Shown piece by piece: positions 54,642 to 64,000 of a stretch of 64,000 bases of DNA (its first letter is position 1; the number at the start of each line of letters is the position of its first letter). The position numbers and the translations under genes are program-made. The stretch lies in the NCBI RefSeq assembly GCF_009914755.1, contig NC_060947.1; one strand, written 5' to 3'. This DNA comes from the human T2T-CHM13v2.0 reference genome, Homo sapiens. The notes beneath the pieces were generated by a model. It saw only the letters and a program-made list of their open reading frames with translations, was not told where the DNA came from and ran no database searches.

Positions 54642-55376
54642 TGGCTCCTTATATCCATACCCAAGTCTAGTTGTCTGGTTTGGGTGTCAGAGTTCACTAA
54701 TGAATGTGAGGCAGGAGAAGCCAAACCAATGCCTTCCAGATCATTATGCATTTACCATATTTATTGAAACAGTAGCTCTGTATCAGGCATCTGCGCATGT
54801 GTGGGGGACACGGTGGGTAATTTGTTGATTTTTTCCCCTACGGGAAATCCACATCAAATGAGCTCTGCAAAATCTGGCTTGAATGATGCTGTCCCTAGTA
54901 ATGGGCATATCTGAGCTTATGAGTGGCATATTGTCAGTCTGTAGTTGATTGGTTTTATGGTGCCTCAGATGGGCTTTTTCCAAGTCCAGGGCATTTGGAT
55001 TTTCTTCTGGTATTTCATGTTCATAAAACTCAGTTTAATTTGCCACAGCACATTCTACCAGATGGCCTCTCCTTTCACTTTCAGTACCTCTGCTAAATCT
55101 GCCCACACAGAGTCTTTGTGCATCCTTTCTTTTGCCAACCATCACACAGTAAATCTCCTTGCATAAAGCAGTGCTTTCTTCTACAGATTATGTTTGACTG
55201 AAGGCTGGATAATTCTGATCACTTGCTGCTCATCAAAATGAGGAGTACATGTCTGAGGGCAAAGGAGAATAAAAGGCAGCTTCCAACAGGAAACAATGCT
55301 TTATGAATATCCTTCATTTCTGTGACTGTGTTTCCATTTCTAGTTTGAGTTTATTGAGAAAATAGGACAAAGGTAA

Positions 55377-56990
<1,614 letters not shown>

Positions 56991-57084
56991 TTATCAGTTT
57001 TATTTCTTTCAATGGTTAATTGCAAATGTACCAGAGGTGTTTCTTAACAAATTTGGATACAAAAAGAGCAGGCACAGTCTAAAT

Positions 57085-57530
57085 AGTGGCCATACACTAT
57101 AGGGATAAGGACACTGACTTCAAAATCAAATCCTTGCTCTGCCATTTGCAAGTTCTGTGACCTTGAGAAAATTATTTAATTTCTTTGAACTGTAGCTTCT
57201 CTACATGTAATATGAGAATCAAAGTACTTGTATCTGCATCATGTCAATACCATAGCTACTGGCCACACTAGCTATTTACATTTTAATTAATCAAAACTAA
57301 ACAAAATTAAAACTTTAGTTTCTTAGTCACACTAGAAACATTTTCAATGCTCAATATTCACATGTGTTAATGGCTACCAGAGTTAGGTGGTGCTAGTATT
57401 ATAAAACATTTCCATCATTGCAGAAATGTTTATTGGCCAGACCTGTGTAGGGTTGCCGTGACAACTAAATATTTCATGGAAAGCACTTAGTACACAATCT
57501 AGCACATAGTAATCACTTTATGGTAACCGT
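57085..57530 (+). mobile_element. MIR split by MER3
   Basis: gctctgccatttgcaagttctgtgaccttgagaaa before the insert; tagggttgccgtg...aagcacttagtac...agcacatagtaa after it. Confidence 0.75.
57234..57445. mobile_element. MER3 MITE
   Basis: ttagtcacactagaaacattttcaatgctcaata...aacatttccatcattgcagaaa. Confidence 0.8.
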
Positions 57531-57994
57531 AGTTGCAGTAGTGAAAGTTTGAACCACGAAGTACCTACAAGGAAAATGGAAAGGATCTACATCAAGAAAG
57601 CTTATCTGCACCTCAAAGTAAGAGATCATTTAGAAATCAATGGCTGAGGAAGCTGAGGAAATTCACCTGTCTGATCAAGGTGAACAAGCAGGGCCTCAGC
57701 CCCAGAATACAATTTCAAAAGGTGTTTGGATTCTTCAGGATTGGGATCTGGCACCCTCTGCAGAACAACCTCTCCTGGAAAAGAGGTGGTTTTCTCAGAG
57801 ACAATATGCATGGAAGTATTTCAACTCTGTTCTCCATGGAACATTCACTGTCTGTAATTTGGTGTCTTGAGTGAAATCCTCACACAAGAGTGCCTCTTAA
57901 GGGTCTGAGCAATCAGTGTCAGTTGGCAATATAATTAGTAAATAAACAAACTATCACGTTAGAGTTATAGATCAGTGACTTATACATTTGCCTG

Positions 57995-58368
<374 letters not shown>

Positions 58369-59672
58369 TGATGAAACTGAATTGAGGATCAGCAAAGTAA
58401 AAGACTTCAGGAACTTAATCAAGGGAGTTTCTACCCAAGAGACTCTATTTAAAAAGAGCTCTTCTTTCCTCATAAGCATCGTATCCACTGCAAACAAGAA
58501 CCACTTATCTTCATCCCTAAAAATATCCATCAGTATGCAGACAATTAAATATTGAAGAAGGCTTACTATGCCTGCTAAACATTACTCAAGAATGAACGGG
58601 CAGCAATCTTTGCTGTTCTGCAGCCTCCGCTGATGATACCCAGGCAAACAGGGTCTGGACTGGACCTCCAGCAAACTCCAGCAGGCCTGCAGCAGAGGGG
58701 CCTGACTGTCAGAAGGAAAACTAACAAACAGAAAAGAATAGCATCAACATCAACAAAAAGGACATCCACAGAGAAACCCCATATGAAGCTCACCAACATC
58801 AAAGACCAAAGGTAGATAAATTCATGAAGATGAGGAAAAACCATCACAAAACGGCTGAAAATTCCAAAAACCAGCACGCCTCTTCACCTCCAAAGGATCA
58901 CAACTCCTCGCGAGCAAGGGAACAAAAATGGAAGGAGAATGACATGGACGAATTGACAGAAGTAGGCTTCAGAAGGTGGGTAATAACAAACTCCTTCAAG
59001 CTAAAGGAGCACATTCTAACCCAACACAAGGAAACTAAGAACCTTGAAAAAAGGTTAGAGGAATTGCTAACTAGAATAACCAGTTTGGAGAAGAACATAA
59101 ATGACCTGATGGAGCTGAAAACACAGCATGAGAACTTCACGAAGGATACACAAGTATAAACAGCCAAATTGATCAAGCAGAAGAAAGGATATCAGAGATT
59201 GAAAATCAACTTAATGAAATAAAGTGTGAAGACAAGATTGGAAAAAAAAAGAAAAGAATGAAAAGGAACAAACAAAACCTCCAAGAAATATGGGACTATG
59301 TGAAAAGACCAAACCTACACTTGATCGGTGTACTTGAAATTGATGGGAAGAATGGAACCAAGTTGTAAAACACTCTTCAGGATATTTTCCAGGAGAACGT
59401 CCCCGACCTAGCAAGACAGGCCAACATTCAAATTGAGGAAATACAGAGAACACCACAAAGATACACCTCCAGAAGAGCAACCCTAAGACACGTAATCATC
59501 AGATTCACCAAGGTTGAAATGAAGGAAAAAAATGTTAAGGGCAGCCAGAAAGAAAGGTCGCGTTACCCATCAACGGAAGCCCATCAGACTAACAGCAGAT
59601 CTCTCTGCAGAAACCCTACAAGCCAGAAGAGAATGGGGGCCAATATTCAACATTCTTAAAGAAAACAATTTT

Positions 59673-62383
<2,711 letters not shown>

Positions 62384-62599
62384 TCATAAGCAAAGGAGAA
62401 ATAAAATCCTTTACAGACGAGCAAATGCTGAGAGATTTTGTCACCAATAGGCTGCCTTACAACAGCGCCTGAAGGAAGCACTAACATGGAAAGGAAAAAC
62501 CAGTACCAGTCACTGCAAAAACATACAAAATTGTAAAGACCATCGACACTATGAAGAAACTGCATCAACTAACAGGAAAAATAACCAGCTAGCATCATA

Positions 62600-64000
62600 A
62601 TGAAAGGATCAAATTCACACATAACAATATTAACCTTAAATGTAAATGGGCTAAATGCCCTAATTAAAAGACAAAGACTGGCAAATTGGATAAAGAGTCA
62701 AGACCCATCAGTGTGCTGTATTCAGGAGTCCCATCTCATGTGCAAAGACACAAATAGGCTCAAAATAAAGGGATGGAGAAAGGTTTACCAAGTAAATGGA
62801 AAGTAAAACAAAGAAAGGGTTGCAATCCTAGTCTCAGATGAAACAGACTTTAAACCAACAAAGATCAAAAAGACAAAGAAGGGCATTACATAATGATAAA
62901 GGGATCAATGCAACAAGAAGAGCTAACTATCCTAAATATACGTGTACCCAGTACATGAGCACCCAGATTCATATAGCAAGTTCTTAGAGACCTATGAAGA
63001 AACTTAGACTCCAACACAATAATAGTGGGAGACTTTAACACCTCACTGTCAATATTAGATCAGCAAGACAAAAAATTATCAAGGATATTCAGGACTTGAG
63101 CTCAGCTCTGGACCAAGTGGACCTAACAGACATCTACAGAATTCTCCACCCCAAATCAACAGAATATACATTCTTCTCAGCACCACATGGCACTTATTCT
63201 AAAACTGACCACATAATTGGAAGTAAAACATTCCTCAGCAAATGCAAAAGAACAGAAATCATAACAAACAGTCTCTCAGACCACAGTGCAATCAAATTAG
63301 AATTCAGGATTAAGAACCTTACTCAAAACCTCATGACTACATGGAAACTAAACAACCTGCTCCTGAATGACTACTGAGTAAATAACGAAATTAAGGCAGA
63401 AATAAATAAGTTCTTTGAAACCGACGAGAACAAAGACACTACATACCAGAATCTCTGGGACACAGCTAAAGCAGTGTTTAGAAGGAAATTTATAGCACTA
63501 AATGCCCACAGGAGAAACTGGGAAAGATCTAAAATAGACACCCTAACATCACAATTAACAGAACTAGAGAAGCAAGAGCAAACAAATTCAAAACCTAGCA
63601 GAAGACAAGAAATAACTAACATCAGAGCAGAACTGAAGGAGATAGAGAGACGAAAAACCCTTCAAAAAATCAATGAATCCAGGAGGTATTTTTTTTTTAA
63701 AGACTAACAAAATAGATAGAAGGCTAGCCAGACTAATAAAGAAGAAAAGAGAGAAGAATCAAATAGACACAATAAAATGATCAATGGGATATCATCACGG
63801 ATCCCAAAGAAATACAAACTACCATCAGAGAATACTATAAACACCTCTATGCAAATAAACTAGAAAATCTAGAAGAAATGGGTAAATTCCTGGACACATA
63901 CACCCTCCCAAGAGTAAACCAGGAAGAAGTCAAATCCCTGAATAGGCCAATAACAAGTTCTGAAATTGAGGCAGTAATAGCCTACCAACGAAGGACCAGA
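62600..64000 (+). pseudogene. Disrupted L1 ORF2 N-terminal (APE endonuclease) region of the host element
   Basis: MKGSNSHITILTLNVNGLNALIKRQRLANWIKSQDPSVCCIQESH; LSDHSAIKLE; several stops and frameshifts. Confidence 0.93.

Noticed and set aside
54221-54751. 176-aa Pro/Ser/Leu/Phe-rich ORF
   Set aside because: Translation of the CT-rich strand of the polypurine tract, which lacks stop codons by composition
57640-57870. 76-aa ATG ORF MAEEAEEIHLSDQ...
   Set aside because: Unique sequence but no recognisable family, promoter or splice context; cannot be supported

Overview
Primate (probably hominoid/human-type) intronic or intergenic DNA, roughly 40% GC by eye, with no CpG island and no recognisable protein-coding exon. 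Much of it is interspersed repeat: about 15 Alus (J, S and Y types, most with readable target-site duplications), MIR, L2 and L3 relics, old L1M fragments, DNA-transposon MITEs (MER58B, MER5, MER20, MER33, MER3, MER44A, MER106, MER112, MADE1) and one MLT1 solo LTR. At the right end is a decayed L1PA7/8-like element carrying an antisense, 5'-truncated 2.66-kb L1PA2-like insert. Nearly all ORF-track entries are repeat-derived or chance. The repeat annotation does not explain: (1) a recurring set of local templated copies (about 100-235 bp, 0.4-4 kb from the partner copy) and fold-back palindromes, mostly beside (TA)n tracts, which look like fossil template-switch/DSB-repair scars; (2) a 464-aa RT-only L1 ORF2 frame that gained an ATG from the antisense strand of its host L1; (3) several well-formed candidate + strand exons; (4) repeat-free, motif-dense blocks that may be enhancers. 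Repeat subfamily names come from recalled consensus sequences, not from an alignment run, and boundaries of old repeats are approximate.
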